Shown one piece after another: positions 19,488 to 29,629 of a DNA stretch of 64,000 nt (position 1 is the first letter of the stretch; every line of letters begins with the position of its first letter). The notes beneath the pieces were generated by a model. The model ran no database searches, had not been told where the DNA came from, and was given only the letters and a program-made list of their open reading frames with translations. A program made the position numbers and the translations under genes. Origin of the DNA: Candidatus Vogelbacteria bacterium (GTDB taxonomy: Bacteria; Patescibacteriota; Minisyncoccia; Phycocordibacterales; XYD1-FULL-46-19); contig CAIRHC010000010.1 in NCBI GenBank assembly GCA_903878275.1, forward strand, positions 1,604 through 65,603, written 5' to 3'.

Positions 19488-21464
19488 TTAATTAAAAGTT
19501 ATTTTTTTAAGTTTGTACGATGGTTCTTCGTCTTTTTTTAATTGTTTAAGTAAATCAGAAACAGCAATCGTCGCCACGCAAGAAACGCGATCAGCTCCAC
19601 CATAATAAATATACAATAAGCCGTCTCGCTCAATCGCTCCCCCAGCGTAAACAATATGTGGTTTGCCATCATTTTCATACCACTCATCTGGTGACAAAAT
19701 CGGCTCACGCGTCCGTGCCAAAACTTTTTGTGGTTTTTCCAAATCAAGAAGCATTGCTCCGATTTTATAACGCGCCGGATCACGCCGATCAACCGCATTG
19801 TAAATTACCAGCCAACCATCCTTAGTTTTTATTGGCGTTGCCCCAACGCTCAACTTTTGACTATCCCAAAAAGAATGTCGTGGGTAAATAAAACTTTCAT
19901 TTTTAAGCCAGCGTTTACCTTCTCCAAAAGAAAGTTCGGCGACCGTATCCACCACAATCTTCGGCCAGAGTCGATGGAAAATTACATACTGCCCATCAAT
20001 TTTTTCCGGTAAAATAACCACACTCTTACTGCCCACACCCGGTGGTGACATAAGCATTGGTTCGCTCCAATCCCAATTTTGATCCAAAAAATCTTCTTCT
20101 GAAATATAAGTGAGTGCTGTTCGAGTCGGCCACGTGCCATTGTGTGCCACATATGTCATATAAATACGGTGACCAATTTTTGTCACCTTTGGGTCTTCGC
20201 AGCCACCCCAGCTTCCACCAGAAGCAAACAGCCCACCGTCTTTACCATAAGCCGGCACTGATCCTCCTTCAAAACTAGCCCGCGGTCGATAAACGGGATA
20301 AGGAAAACGTTGATCGATTTTTATCCCATCAGGACTTGAGGCATAACCAATGCGCGAGAAATCGTCTCGCCCCACTGCTCGATACAAAAGATGCACTCGC
20401 CCACCAAGATCAAGAGCGGTCGGATTAAAAGCGCCACCAGCTTCCCATTCATATGGTGCGGGTTCGATAATTGGATTATTCGTTGATTTTATTAAATTTG
20501 CCGATGATGGTATTTTATTTTTCGGATCAAAATCTGTTAAAAACTTTTCCGCCACATCCAAAAAAACTATTTGACCATCGCTCTTGGCAAAATAAAAACG
20601 AAATTTTTTAGGTTTTTTTTCTAATGGAACTAAACCAATTATTTTTAACGATCCAGCCACCTCCAGTGGTATTTCCATAATTGGCGTATCGGTCTGCCAC
20701 AAAACTTTTGCCGGATTATCTCGATCAAAAAACGCGGCTCCAATTTTTAAAAAATACTGTTCGCCCACTTTTTGATCGTGTAAATTATTGTCCGCCAAAA
20801 TATCTATTTTTGTTTCAGTCGCATAAAAAACGGCTCGCCCACCAAAACCCGGCAAAGAACCGACGACCTGAAACTCCTTTTCGTCAAAGAAAAACCGCCA
20901 TGGTGTTTCGGGTAAGCTAATCTTTTCCCAATCTTTCGGTTTTTTAAAAATCGCCAGATTTATTTTTTTGCCACCACTATAAACAATTTCGCAATCATTT
21001 AAAACCGATTTTGAAATAAATAGACTGGGCTGATTGATATCAGGAATAGAACCGACAACTTTCCAAGTTTTTAAATTTTTAGCAACAGCATAAGTAAAAA
21101 TATCTTTACCACTATGATGGTGCAAGTAAGTCAAAAATAATTCCCGACCATTATTAATCAAACGAAAATTGTGACATTTCGCGAGATCTTCTTTCTTGCC
21201 AGTTTTGTTCAGTAAAGTAATTTTTTGTCGAGAAGGTTTGAAGTTTTCTCCGGTCAAACTACTGGCTATTAAAAGTTCTTGTTTTTTGTCTTTAATTTGG
21301 CGAGACAACAAAACAAAACTATCTTTATTGAGACCAACAACTAAAGGCTCATTGGTTTCAATGGCTTTTGTTTTTTTTACCCGCTTCGTCGTGGTCTTTT
21401 TGTGGCGACGAAAGGTGACTTGTTTTTTTGTTGTCTTTTTTTTAATAATCCCCTTTTTGATCAT
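19488..21464 (-). CDS. GH130-family protein (C-terminal domain plus degenerate N-terminal domain)
   Basis: FNPTA..HLLYRA, GCEDPK, YYGGADR; Lys-rich N-terminus. Confidence 0.85.
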   Translation of the reverse strand: MIKKGIIKKKTTKKQVTFRRHKKTTTKRVKKTKAIETNEPLVVGLNKDSFVLLSRQIKDKKQELLIASSLTGENFKPSRQKITLLNKTGKKEDLAKCHNFRLINNGRELFLTYLHHHSGKDIFTYAVAKNLKTWKVVGSIPDINQPSLFISKSVLNDCEIVYSGGKKINLAIFKKPKDWEKISLPETPWRFFFDEKEFQVVGSLPGFGGRAVFYATETKIDILADNNLHDQKVGEQYFLKIGAAFFDRDNPAKVLWQTDTPIMEIPLEVAGSLKIIGLVPLEKKPKKFRFYFAKSDGQIVFLDVAEKFLTDFDPKNKIPSSANLIKSTNNPIIEPAPYEWEAGGAFNPTALDLGGRVHLLYRAVGRDDFSRIGYASSPDGIKIDQRFPYPVYRPRASFEGGSVPAYGKDGGLFASGGSWGGCEDPKVTKIGHRIYMTYVAHNGTWPTRTALTYISEEDFLDQNWDWSEPMLMSPPGVGSKSVVILPEKIDGQYVIFHRLWPKIVVDTVAELSFGEGKRWLKNESFIYPRHSFWDSQKLSVGATPIKTKDGWLVIYNAVDRRDPARYKIGAMLLDLEKPQKVLARTREPILSPDEWYENDGKPHIVYAGGAIERDGLLYIYYGGADRVSCVATIAVSDLLKQLKKDEEPSYKLKKITFN

Positions 21465-21468
21465 AACC

Positions 21469-21819
21469 TTATTTTCGGCCGTAATAATCAGCTAGCCGAA
21501 CCTCATCGTGCTCGGCAAATTCACCAAATGATACTTCCAAAATTTTCACATCTTCATTTGTCGCTCTGGCTCGATGCTCGACAAACGGTTCGATAACAAC
21601 CTCACTTCCAGAATTTAATTCTTCGATTTTTTCGCCAACAGTTATTTCTGCCCGACCAGATAAAATATGCCAAAATTCCGTCCGCTTAGCGTGTTTTTGC
21701 AAACTCAAACTTTCTCCAGCCTTAAGGTATAAAATTTTTACCGTTGATGGCTCACCCGCAGTAAATTGCCGGAACTCACCCCAAGGTCTTTTTTCAGTAA
21801 AAGGAAAATTTTCTTTCAT
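21469..21819 (-). CDS. Phosphomannose isomerase type II C-terminal cupin
   Basis: RPWGEF, SLSLQKHAKRTEFW, DEVRLADYYGR. Confidence 0.9.
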   Translation of the reverse strand: MKENFPFTEKRPWGEFRQFTAGEPSTVKILYLKAGESLSLQKHAKRTEFWHILSGRAEITVGEKIEELNSGSEVVIEPFVEHRARATNEDVKILEVSFGEFAEHDEVRLADYYGRK

Positions 21820-21824
21820 AAAAA

Positions 21825-22598
21825 TTATTTTTTTATTAAAAATTTTATTAATTCTTTGGTTTCAGAAACACCCGCGACCTGCTGACACATCACACCGCTA
21901 CCTAAAAGTGGTTCGTCGTTGCCGCCAGGAAACAAAGCGTCGCCCACATACAAAACTTTATCTTGGCTCAAATTTAAATGTTCCATCAGCTTTTTGATAC
22001 CATAGGCTTTATCAATACCTTTCTTAGTAATATCAACAGAAGTCGAACCGCCAATTTTAACGGAAAATTCTGGTAACAATTCTCGCAAAGGGGCCGCTAT
22101 TTTTTGGCGTTTTTGCTGATCGGGATCCCAAACAGATTTGGCAGAAATCGGTGCCTCCTGACCCAAAGCTGAAAAAGTAATCTGGCTACCACGATCTTCA
22201 AAAATCTGTCCGTAACTTTTTACTTCCATTGGAAAACCAGTATCAGTTAAAACCTGATAAAAAGCTTTCATAATTTTTTCTTTTTCTTGGTCTGTTAATT
22301 TTTCGTAATAAAGAGATACCCAACCGGTATTTTTATAAGAATATAGACTTGCGCCTGAAGTCGGCAACAAATAAAGATTATTTAAATCAGGCATTGCTCC
22401 CGCCAAATAACCCAAAAATTGTTTTTCAAACTGAAAAAAAGACGCGCCCGACATCACCGCCACATATTTATTTTTTAAAAGCTCGGCTAAAAGTCCTGCC
22501 ATTTCAGCATCGAGTGGTTGTTTGCTTTCTGCCAGAGTATCGTCCAAGTCAAAAGTCACTAAAGACAAAGAATCTGGATTTATATTTTGCAGTTCCAT
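21825..22598 (-). CDS. HAD-IIB phosphomannomutase-like enzyme
   Basis: FDLDDTL, EDRGSQITFSALG, IGGSTSVD, GDALFPGGND. Confidence 0.88.
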   Translation of the reverse strand: MELQNINPDSLSLVTFDLDDTLAESKQPLDAEMAGLLAELLKNKYVAVMSGASFFQFEKQFLGYLAGAMPDLNNLYLLPTSGASLYSYKNTGWVSLYYEKLTDQEKEKIMKAFYQVLTDTGFPMEVKSYGQIFEDRGSQITFSALGQEAPISAKSVWDPDQQKRQKIAAPLRELLPEFSVKIGGSTSVDITKKGIDKAYGIKKLMEHLNLSQDKVLYVGDALFPGGNDEPLLGSGVMCQQVAGVSETKELIKFLIKK

Positions 22599-22634
22599 TG
22601 CTCTGAATTATAACGCAAAAAAAATAAATCAACT

Positions 22635-22679
22635 AGGCACCGGACGAAATTTTGCTAAATAAAATTTCGCCCGGCGCTT
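22635..22679. repeat. Imperfect palindrome (TTTTGCT-core family)
   Basis: CCGGACGAAATTTTGCTAAATAAAATTTCGCCCGG. Confidence 0.6.
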
Positions 22680-22691
22680 TTCCACATTAAC

Positions 22692-23186
22692 CTACTTGTG
22701 TTTCTCTTTATTTTCCTTGTATTTAGCCAAAAGCCAAGAGCTAGATTGGACTTTTCCCCCTTTGCCTACGTTATAAACCATTTTTATTCCAAGTTCTTTG
22801 CAGACAGTTACCTCTGGCACTGGATCACCATCAGGTTTTCGATCACCACCATTCGCAAAAATATGTGGTTTGACCTTGCCCAAGGTCTGACAGACACTCA
22901 TATCTTCGGTGTCAGGTTTGTGACCAGTCAAAACTACTTTATCCACCACACCCAAAGCTTCAAGCAATTCTTTTCTCTCTTTTTCAGGCATAAAAGCATA
23001 ACCTTTTTTCTTGACCAGCCAGTTATCGTTATTTAAAATAACCACCAGTTTATCCCCAAACTTTTTCGCTTTTTCAAACATTCTCACGTGACCGATATGC
23101 ACCGGATCAAATCCCCCACTTACCGCCACCACCACACAATCAGATTTTTTCGAATCAATATTGTTTTTAGTATTTTTTTTATTCAT
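22692..23186 (-). CDS. Adenylyl/cytidylyltransferase family protein (TagD/RibL-like)
   Basis: SGGFDPVHIGH, ANGGDR, KVQSSSWL. Confidence 0.9.
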   Translation of the reverse strand: MNKKNTKNNIDSKKSDCVVVAVSGGFDPVHIGHVRMFEKAKKFGDKLVVILNNDNWLVKKKGYAFMPEKERKELLEALGVVDKVVLTGHKPDTEDMSVCQTLGKVKPHIFANGGDRKPDGDPVPEVTVCKELGIKMVYNVGKGGKVQSSSWLLAKYKENKEKHK

Positions 23187-23232
23187 CTATCAAATATACC
23201 AAGCTAAGATTAAAAAGCTAGTCCAACAATTC

Positions 23233-23514
23233 TTAATCAATATCCCAAAAACGTTTAGTCTCTTTGACGTCGGGACCATAAAAGCGCAGTTCTAAAAAGT
23301 CATTCAAATCACTGAAAAAAGCGCCGAGACCACCCGCCACAAAAATCGCCCACCAATAAAAACTCTCAAAATAAATCATCCCAAAAGCCACCATCAAAAA
23401 ACCATAAATCCAGTGGTGAGGCGTATTGGTATGACCACCGTAATAATCGCCGACCCGACCAACAAGGTATCCGCCAAAAGCACAAGAAATAAAAATTATC
23501 GCCTTAATCAACAT
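23233..23514 (-). CDS. Small membrane protein
   Basis: 93 aa, 3 hydrophobic segments, PHHWIYG. Confidence 0.7.
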   Translation of the reverse strand: MLIKAIIFISCAFGGYLVGRVGDYYGGHTNTPHHWIYGFLMVAFGMIYFESFYWWAIFVAGGLGAFFSDLNDFLELRFYGPDVKETKRFWDID

Positions 23515-23567
23515 TAAGAATAATTATAGCAAGAGAAATTGTAATTTTCCAAACCTCAAAAAATTTG

Positions 23568-24194
23568 TTATTTTATGATTTCAGTAATTGGGTGTCCGAC
23601 GTGATAACCGCCAACGAGATTGTGATCGGTTTCAATTATTTTTTCGCCAGCACCACGAACCAGAGCTGTCCCAATTAAATAAAGGAAACCATCTTTTTCT
23701 TCGAATACAATTTGCGAGCCATAGCCATGAATATTTAACTCTAGCGGACAAGCACCTAATTCATAAGTTGTGGTTTTTAATTTTTCTCCGGGATACAAAT
23801 CACCTTTTGTTGCTTTTTCAACCTCGCTCGCTAGTACAAAAAACAAATTATTTAAAATTGGCTGAAATTTGAAATGCTCCCCTTCTCCTTCCGCAAACTC
23901 ATGTTTATCTGGCATCATTTTAGCTCGTAATGTCTCACCGGTTTTAATCTGAAAATAAATTGACCCAGATGAAGTTTTAAAAATCTTGTCAAACCGATCT
24001 TTTTCCAACAAAAGATTTTGGACAAACTCATTTCTTGTCTCGCTAATATCCTTAAAATACTGGCCATTATTCTTTTTTGTTTCAAAAACCTCATATTCCC
24101 GGTCTCCTAGATCACTCATTAGCGAAGAAAGTTCTTCTACGCTGGCTGGCGGTTTTTCGCGATCTTCTAAATAATTTAAGTCTAGGTCTTCCAC
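23568..24194 (-). CDS. Hypothetical protein
   Basis: 208 aa ORF; TGGTAAAAT-N6-GTG. Confidence 0.7.
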   Translation of the reverse strand: MEDLDLNYLEDREKPPASVEELSSLMSDLGDREYEVFETKKNNGQYFKDISETRNEFVQNLLLEKDRFDKIFKTSSGSIYFQIKTGETLRAKMMPDKHEFAEGEGEHFKFQPILNNLFFVLASEVEKATKGDLYPGEKLKTTTYELGACPLELNIHGYGSQIVFEEKDGFLYLIGTALVRGAGEKIIETDHNLVGGYHVGHPITEIIK

Positions 24195-24328
24195 TCCGAA
24201 ATTTTACCAATTTAAAACTAAAAAGTCACCTTGGATTAAGGTGACTTTTAAAAATCAGAGTGCACGCTAATGTCTCATTAGTAATAATGTAGCAATTTAC
24301 ATTCTTCCGATATTTAAAAAAATAAACT

Positions 24329-24766
24329 TTATTGTCTTGGAGAACAACGAGTTTCGCTCAAACTCTTCTTTACTAAACTAAACAAATCCATTGTAATATG
24401 CGATTCAATCCCCACCCCTAATCCACCGCCTAAATACTCTTGTCGCTTGGGACAATTTTTATCATTTACCTCTTCTTTTGTGGGTTCCCAAAAAGTCACA
24501 GCCTCATCCTTTATTTCAAATGGTTTGGAATATTGACCTTCGTAAGTTTTATTACATTCATTTAAATCATAAACGATAAGAGTCCTCGGATCAGGAGCTG
24601 TCCCTTGGTCAATAAGCAAAAAGTTTGTCGTTGAAGCAAGAAAATATTGAGCTTCTTGATATTGATAGTTGCAGTCTACCCGCCCATCATTTTTTATTAC
24701 CAATAAATAAACTCCACTCCCGACAAGGGCAACAAGAATTATGGTAATGATTATTATTTTTTTCAT
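24329..24766 (-). CDS. Exported/membrane-anchored hypothetical protein
   Basis: N-terminal TM segment, 4 Cys; downstream of tRNA-His. Confidence 0.7.
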   Translation of the reverse strand: MKKIIIITIILVALVGSGVYLLVIKNDGRVDCNYQYQEAQYFLASTTNFLLIDQGTAPDPRTLIVYDLNECNKTYEGQYSKPFEIKDEAVTFWEPTKEEVNDKNCPKRQEYLGGGLGVGIESHITMDLFSLVKKSLSETRCSPRQ

Positions 24767-24817
24767 AAATCTTTAATGATACATCTTTCTCTACCTAATA
24801 AGATAAAATTTACGATG

Positions 24818-24890
24818 GGTGCCTATCGAGAATCGAACTCGAATCGAAGGTTCCACAAACCTCAGTGTTAACCGTTACACCATAGGCACC
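24818..24890 (-). tRNA. tRNA-His(GTG)
   Basis: GGTGCCTA...TAGGCACC with encoded G-1; anticodon loop TTGTGGA. Confidence 0.93.
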
Positions 24891-24894
24891 ATAT

Positions 24895-25452
24895 TTATTT
24901 ATACTCTGGCTTTTTCTCCTCTACTCCCGCTCGATGATTTGCCAACCTCGCGAAACCATAAAGCAATGAGGATAGACGATTCATAAAAGCTGTCGTATTT
25001 TTTTCAAGTTTCACTTCACCAGCATCTGACACGCGCACCACCATTCTTTCCGCTCGCCTTGCCACCGTCCGCGAAAAATCAAACAAAGCCGAAAGTTCTG
25101 TTCCCCCAGCAACGAGAAAACTTTTTATCGGTGGTAATTCTCCTTCAATCATTTTCAGAATATTTTCCATTTTTACCACCTCTTCCGATGACACTCTTTT
25201 GTCGGCACCAGCCAACTCCGCTTGGACCGAGAACAAGCAGTTCTGCACTTCTTCAATTATTTTTTCAATGGGCATTCCCATTATGTCGAGCGAACCAGTA
25301 AAATCTTTAGCCTTAACCTTGCACAAACCGAGCCAAGAATTTATCTCATCGACCGAGCCAAGCGCTTCCGCCACCAAAGAGCTTTTGGATAACTTTTGAT
25401 CGCAACCAAAAACTTTTGTCGTCCCATCATCTCCCAGTCCCGTATGAAGCAT
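24895..25452 (-). CDS. Cob(I)alamin adenosyltransferase (PduO type)
   Basis: TGLGDDGTT, GSVDEINSWLG, RTVARRAER, NRLSS. Confidence 0.88.
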   Translation of the reverse strand: MLHTGLGDDGTTKVFGCDQKLSKSSLVAEALGSVDEINSWLGLCKVKAKDFTGSLDIMGMPIEKIIEEVQNCLFSVQAELAGADKRVSSEEVVKMENILKMIEGELPPIKSFLVAGGTELSALFDFSRTVARRAERMVVRVSDAGEVKLEKNTTAFMNRLSSLLYGFARLANHRAGVEEKKPEYK

Positions 25453-25507
25453 TGTTTATTTTTAACACAAAAATAGAAAAAAGGAAAGAGGAAAGAGGAA
25501 AGAGTTT

Positions 25508-25592
25508 TGGTGCCCGGGAGAGGACTCGAACCTCCACACCTTACGGCATATCCACCTCAAGGATACGTGTATACCAATTTCACCACCCGGGC
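25508..25592 (-). tRNA. tRNA-Leu(GAG)
   Basis: GCCCGGG acceptor stem, TATCC-TTGAGGT-GGATA, long variable arm, CCA encoded. Confidence 0.95.
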
Positions 25593-25669
25593 AATGTTTA
25601 AATCATAAGCTAAAAATTGTTTATTTTCAAACAAAATACCGCCCGGTCTTTCAGCCGGGCGGTATTTTT

Positions 25670-26152
25670 TTATTTTATTTCTTCAGTTCCCTCAATCTTC
25701 TCGTCAATTAATTCTTCGGCTGGTACTGGTTCGATCTCAATCCCTTCCAAAACCTGCTCAATCAATTCATCTTTTTCTTTCTTGCCACCGACCAGCACTT
25801 TTCTCATTCGGCGACGAATTTCCTTGGCAGCCTTGTCGCGAATATAATAAAGCTTGGAACGACGAACCTTCACTTTTTTAATTATTTCGATTTTATCAAT
25901 CATTGGTGCATAAAGCGGAAAGACCTTTTCCATCCCAACGCCACTAGCCACGCGACGAACAGTAAAAGTTGCACCCGGTTCATTACCGTGTTTTCGAGCA
26001 ATTACCAGACCTTCAAAAGCCTGCAAACGAAATTTGCCATCTTTTTCTGGCACTTTCTGCCAAACGCGGACAGTATAACCAGCCCGAAGATCCATTTTCT
26101 TGCGTGCTTCGACTTCGACTGGTGAAATTTTGAAACCTTTTAATTGAATCAT
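25670..26152 (-). CDS. rplS: 50S ribosomal protein L19
   Basis: [34 protein letters not shown]. Confidence 0.96.
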   Translation of the reverse strand: MIQLKGFKISPVEVEARKKMDLRAGYTVRVWQKVPEKDGKFRLQAFEGLVIARKHGNEPGATFTVRRVASGVGMEKVFPLYAPMIDKIEIIKKVKVRRSKLYYIRDKAAKEIRRRMRKVLVGGKKEKDELIEQVLEGIEIEPVPAEELIDEKIEGTEEIK

Positions 26153-26165
26153 AACAAACGGTAGT

Positions 26166-26909
26166 CTAACACGAAGATTTTATATTTTCAAGGGTATTTT
26201 GTAAGTCAGTCGGTACTTCCGCCTCAAATCTCTTTTTACCAATTTTGGGTAAATTTATTTCCAAACTAAAACTATGGAGCGCTTGCCGAGCCAAAGTCAC
26301 GGGGCAAAGTCCTTCAGGATAATACAATTTATCGCAAATAATCGGATGTCCGATCGCCTTAAAATGAGCCCGGAGCTGGTGCGTCCGACCCGTCTGCGGA
26401 TAGGCTTCGATATAAGTAAAATCTTTGCCAAAATTTTCCAGCACTTTGTACACTGTAATCGCCTCTCGCAAATTACTCTCGGCATTGCGACTTGCCACCC
26501 GAATCCGCGCGTCTTTCCGGCTTCGCCCAATCGGCAAATTTATTGTCCGAGACATTTCTTCGGGCGAAAAACTAATCCGCCCAGCTAAAATCGTCCGATA
26601 AGTCTTACGCACGGTGTGATTTTGAAATTGATCTTTCAAAAAAAGAAAAGTTGGCTGATTTTTGGCAACAATCATCACCCCACTGGTGTCTTTATCTAGT
26701 CGATGCACAATTCCTGGCTTTTCGATTTTTTCACCCTTTGGACCAAGCATTGGTTCACCTACATCAGCAATGTCAGGATATTTTTTTAAAAGCCAATCCA
26801 CCAAGGTTTTTTCAGTATTAAAAGAATCCCCGTGCACCGCCAAACCAGCTGGTTTATTGATGACCAGCACGTTTTTATCCTCGTAGATTATTTTTATTTC
26901 ATCAAACAT
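26166..26909 (-). CDS. RluA/RluD-family pseudouridine synthase
   Basis: [23 protein letters not shown]. Confidence 0.93.
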   Translation of the reverse strand: MFDEIKIIYEDKNVLVINKPAGLAVHGDSFNTEKTLVDWLLKKYPDIADVGEPMLGPKGEKIEKPGIVHRLDKDTSGVMIVAKNQPTFLFLKDQFQNHTVRKTYRTILAGRISFSPEEMSRTINLPIGRSRKDARIRVASRNAESNLREAITVYKVLENFGKDFTYIEAYPQTGRTHQLRAHFKAIGHPIICDKLYYPEGLCPVTLARQALHSFSLEINLPKIGKKRFEAEVPTDLQNTLENIKSSC

Positions 26910-26950
26910 TGATTCAGACCTTATTTTATAGTATAAATTAATAACAGCAA

Positions 26951-27027
26951 GGACGCTTAGCTCAGTTGGCTAGAGCATCCCGTTTACACCGGGAAGGTCG
27001 GAGGTTCGAGCCCTCCAGCGTCCACCA
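26951..27027 (+). tRNA. tRNA-Val(TAC)
   Basis: TCCCG-TTTACAC-CGGGA, GGTTCGAG, CCA encoded. Confidence 0.95.
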
Positions 27028-27028
27028 C

Positions 27029-27100
27029 GCCCTCGTAGTTCAATGGATAGAACCGCGGACTTCTAAGCCGCTGATGTTGGTCCGATTCCAACCGAGGGCA
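27029..27100 (+). tRNA. tRNA-Arg(TCT)
   Basis: GCCCTCG/CGAGGGC acceptor stem, loop CTTCTAA, T-loop TCCGATT. Confidence 0.88.
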
Positions 27101-27106
27101 CAATTT

Positions 27107-27439
27107 TTACAAACTTGGGTCAATTAAAATTGGAGTTGACGAAGCGATCTGCTCAAAATTTTGCTGACGGGTTTTGATTTTAGTAATCGCTTGGTTGATT
27201 ATTTTTCTATCAATAATCGAAGTTAATGTATTGCTCGCCGAAGTATCGGTCGGACGATTTCCTGCCGACAAAATAAACCACAGGCAAAAACCGTAAGCGA
27301 TAAGTACGAACATCAACCCAACAAAAAAAGTTATTACCGCTTTACGCCAAAATAGAACTCGATTATCAAGTTGCAAAAAATCACTTCCCTGCTCGGTGGA
27401 ATTATCGGTATTAGTATTTTTTGAAAAAATATTTTTCAT
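27107..27439 (-). CDS. Single-TM hypothetical protein of the pilMNO operon
   Basis: One TM segment; C-terminal IDPSL; last gene of the operon. Confidence 0.7.
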   Translation of the reverse strand: MKNIFSKNTNTDNSTEQGSDFLQLDNRVLFWRKAVITFFVGLMFVLIAYGFCLWFILSAGNRPTDTSASNTLTSIIDRKIINQAITKIKTRQQNFEQIASSTPILIDPSL

Positions 27440-27444
27440 CTTTT

Positions 27445-27969
27445 TTATTTGCCACTCGGCACAGCCAAATCAAGATCTGCCGACCACGCCAAGATTTTGC
27501 TATCTTTATTGATCACTAAATTAGAATTTTTTTGAAACGCCACTTTATTAAAACTAAATAAAAACGGTAAATTCTCCAACAATTTTAAAGCTTTAAACAC
27601 CGCCAAAAAATCACCGGTAATATTGATTTTCAAATTAATCGTCTTTTTTTGTTCATCAGCTTGACCGATTTTTAGTTCTGCCCCACTTTTTTTACCGGCC
27701 TCTTCGATCGCTTTGACCAAAACAAAAACTGTGGAACTATCAACAAAATAATTATCAAACAGCGACTGATTATTTTTTACCGACAGGGCGATATTTTTTA
27801 ATTCTTGAAAATTACCGGTGGTGGCATCTAAATTATTTTTATAGACACCAAGATTGCTTATTCTAGAAAACGACAAATAAGCCAAAACAAAAATACCCCC
27901 AACCAACAACAAGTTAAGTAACCCTAACCAGATGATTGTTTGATTGATTTTTGGTTTATTGCCAGTCAT
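27445..27969 (-). CDS. PilO-like type IV pilus assembly protein
   Basis: TM plus coiled coil plus GDFLAVFKALKLLENLP; position after pilN. Confidence 0.7.
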   Translation of the reverse strand: MTGNKPKINQTIIWLGLLNLLLVGGIFVLAYLSFSRISNLGVYKNNLDATTGNFQELKNIALSVKNNQSLFDNYFVDSSTVFVLVKAIEEAGKKSGAELKIGQADEQKKTINLKINITGDFLAVFKALKLLENLPFLFSFNKVAFQKNSNLVINKDSKILAWSADLDLAVPSGK

Positions 27970-27970
27970 T

Positions 27971-28513
27971 TTATTTTTTAGCCATTTCCAAACTAACATT
28001 AAAACGGTTATCGTTGCCCCCGATAATATTAGAGACCGGATAATCAACCGAAGAAAATGTTTTGTCTTTTTTTAACGCTTCGACAAAATTAACTAGCGAC
28101 TGCCGGTCAGTGGCAAAACCGCTAATGTTGCCGATGGGTAACTTTTTGTTACCAACATAATCAATCGCAAAACTATCAACGATAATTCCCGCCGATTTAG
28201 CTTTAATAATTTTCTCCAATACGTCGGTGTAAACAACCGGTGACGAAGTGGCAATAAGCAAACTTTTGTTATTTAATGTCGTTAAATTTTGTTTGACTTT
28301 GGTGTATTCAGCCAAATCAGCGCCAGTCAAAATTTGATTATTATTTATCGCCACCGTTCCAATTCGAAAACCAGAAACAGCATAGAGAGAAAAAGCTAAC
28401 ATTAAACCGATTGAAAATAAAATGCTGGTCAAAACCAAGACTACAACAATTTTATGCTGGCGACAGTCAGCCTGAATAACATTTTTATATTCGGTTGTTA
28501 AAATATTTAACAT
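27971..28513 (-). CDS. PilN-like type IV pilus assembly protein
   Basis: TM, ISGFATDRQSLVNFVEALK..FSSV; position after pilM. Confidence 0.75.
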   Translation of the reverse strand: MLNILTTEYKNVIQADCRQHKIVVVLVLTSILFSIGLMLAFSLYAVSGFRIGTVAINNNQILTGADLAEYTKVKQNLTTLNNKSLLIATSSPVVYTDVLEKIIKAKSAGIIVDSFAIDYVGNKKLPIGNISGFATDRQSLVNFVEALKKDKTFSSVDYPVSNIIGGNDNRFNVSLEMAKK

Positions 28514-28514
28514 T

Positions 28515-29600
28515 TTATGATTTAAAATTCCGCAATGCCAAACCTAGACAAGTCGCAAACCGCAAACTTTCATTGTATTTTATCGGCATCACACAATCGC
28601 CACTAGTACAAATATTGACCCACGGATTGCCTAGCTCCACCGGGACACGCAAGTGCGTTTCTAAATATTCTTTTAAGCCCAGCAGAGACGCTTGTCCGCC
28701 ACATAAAATTATTTTATCAACGATCTGACACTCACCATTTTGACCATCAGTATTGTGTTCTTGCCAAAAAACTAACCGCTGGTTTATCTCGTCTTTAAGC
28801 GCCGAGACAACGGGAATCAGAGACATAAACAAGTCGTTATTTTCACCCGAACGCAACAAACCTTTCTTTTCTTTTTGAACTATCGCTTCTTCGCGAGAAA
28901 GACCCAAGTTTTTTTGAATAAAACTTGTCACATTTTCACCGCCGACATTAATAATCGAAGTGAAAACAACCGACCCACGACAGACAATCATAAAACCCGT
29001 ATGAATTTTACCGATATCAATAATCATATAAGCTCCATTATCGACGAGGGTGAGAAGTGACCGGGCAATGGCTTGGGCTTCAATCTCGGCACCGAGAAGT
29101 TCGAAACCCGCCATTGTAAAAACCGAAATATAACTATCGACTATTTCTCTTGGTAATGCCGAGACACTGGCACTAATGGAGCCGTCAGGTTTTTGAGTGA
29201 TAATTTCATAATCAAAAACACAGTCGGCAACCGGAATCGGCACATAATCCCCGATCTGCAACTCGATGCTGTTGCGAATTTCTTCGTGTTTCATTTTTGG
29301 TAAAGACAAACGGAAAGTAAAAGCTTTGTCTTCTGGTAAAGAAGCGTAGGCATATTTAAAGCCATTTTGATTTTTAATGCTAGCTAAAATTTTCGCCAAC
29401 TCGGCCGGATTTTTAATCTCGCCATTGACCACAACTTCCGCTGGCAACATTATTTCACCAAAACGCCCGAGTTTTATATTTTCTCGATCGGGTAATAATT
29501 CCAAAAATTTTACCGAGTGGTCAGAAATATCAAAACCCACAGCCACTTTAGATAAATATTTTGGCACCGGAAAAAATTTAAGAAAAAGATCAGACTTCAT
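28515..29600 (-). CDS. pilM: Type IV pilus assembly ATPase PilM
   Basis: GFDISDHSVK, IIDIG, ILCGG, ATCLGLALR. Confidence 0.9.
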   Translation of the reverse strand: MKSDLFLKFFPVPKYLSKVAVGFDISDHSVKFLELLPDRENIKLGRFGEIMLPAEVVVNGEIKNPAELAKILASIKNQNGFKYAYASLPEDKAFTFRLSLPKMKHEEIRNSIELQIGDYVPIPVADCVFDYEIITQKPDGSISASVSALPREIVDSYISVFTMAGFELLGAEIEAQAIARSLLTLVDNGAYMIIDIGKIHTGFMIVCRGSVVFTSIINVGGENVTSFIQKNLGLSREEAIVQKEKKGLLRSGENNDLFMSLIPVVSALKDEINQRLVFWQEHNTDGQNGECQIVDKIILCGGQASLLGLKEYLETHLRVPVELGNPWVNICTSGDCVMPIKYNESLRFATCLGLALRNFKS

Positions 29601-29629
29601 CTTCTTAATTATAATCTAAAATTAAATTC

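Noticed and set aside
25416-25601. Short ORFs over tRNA genes (also 32433..32678, 34663..34845, 35393..35653)
   Set aside because: They are translations of tRNA sequences.
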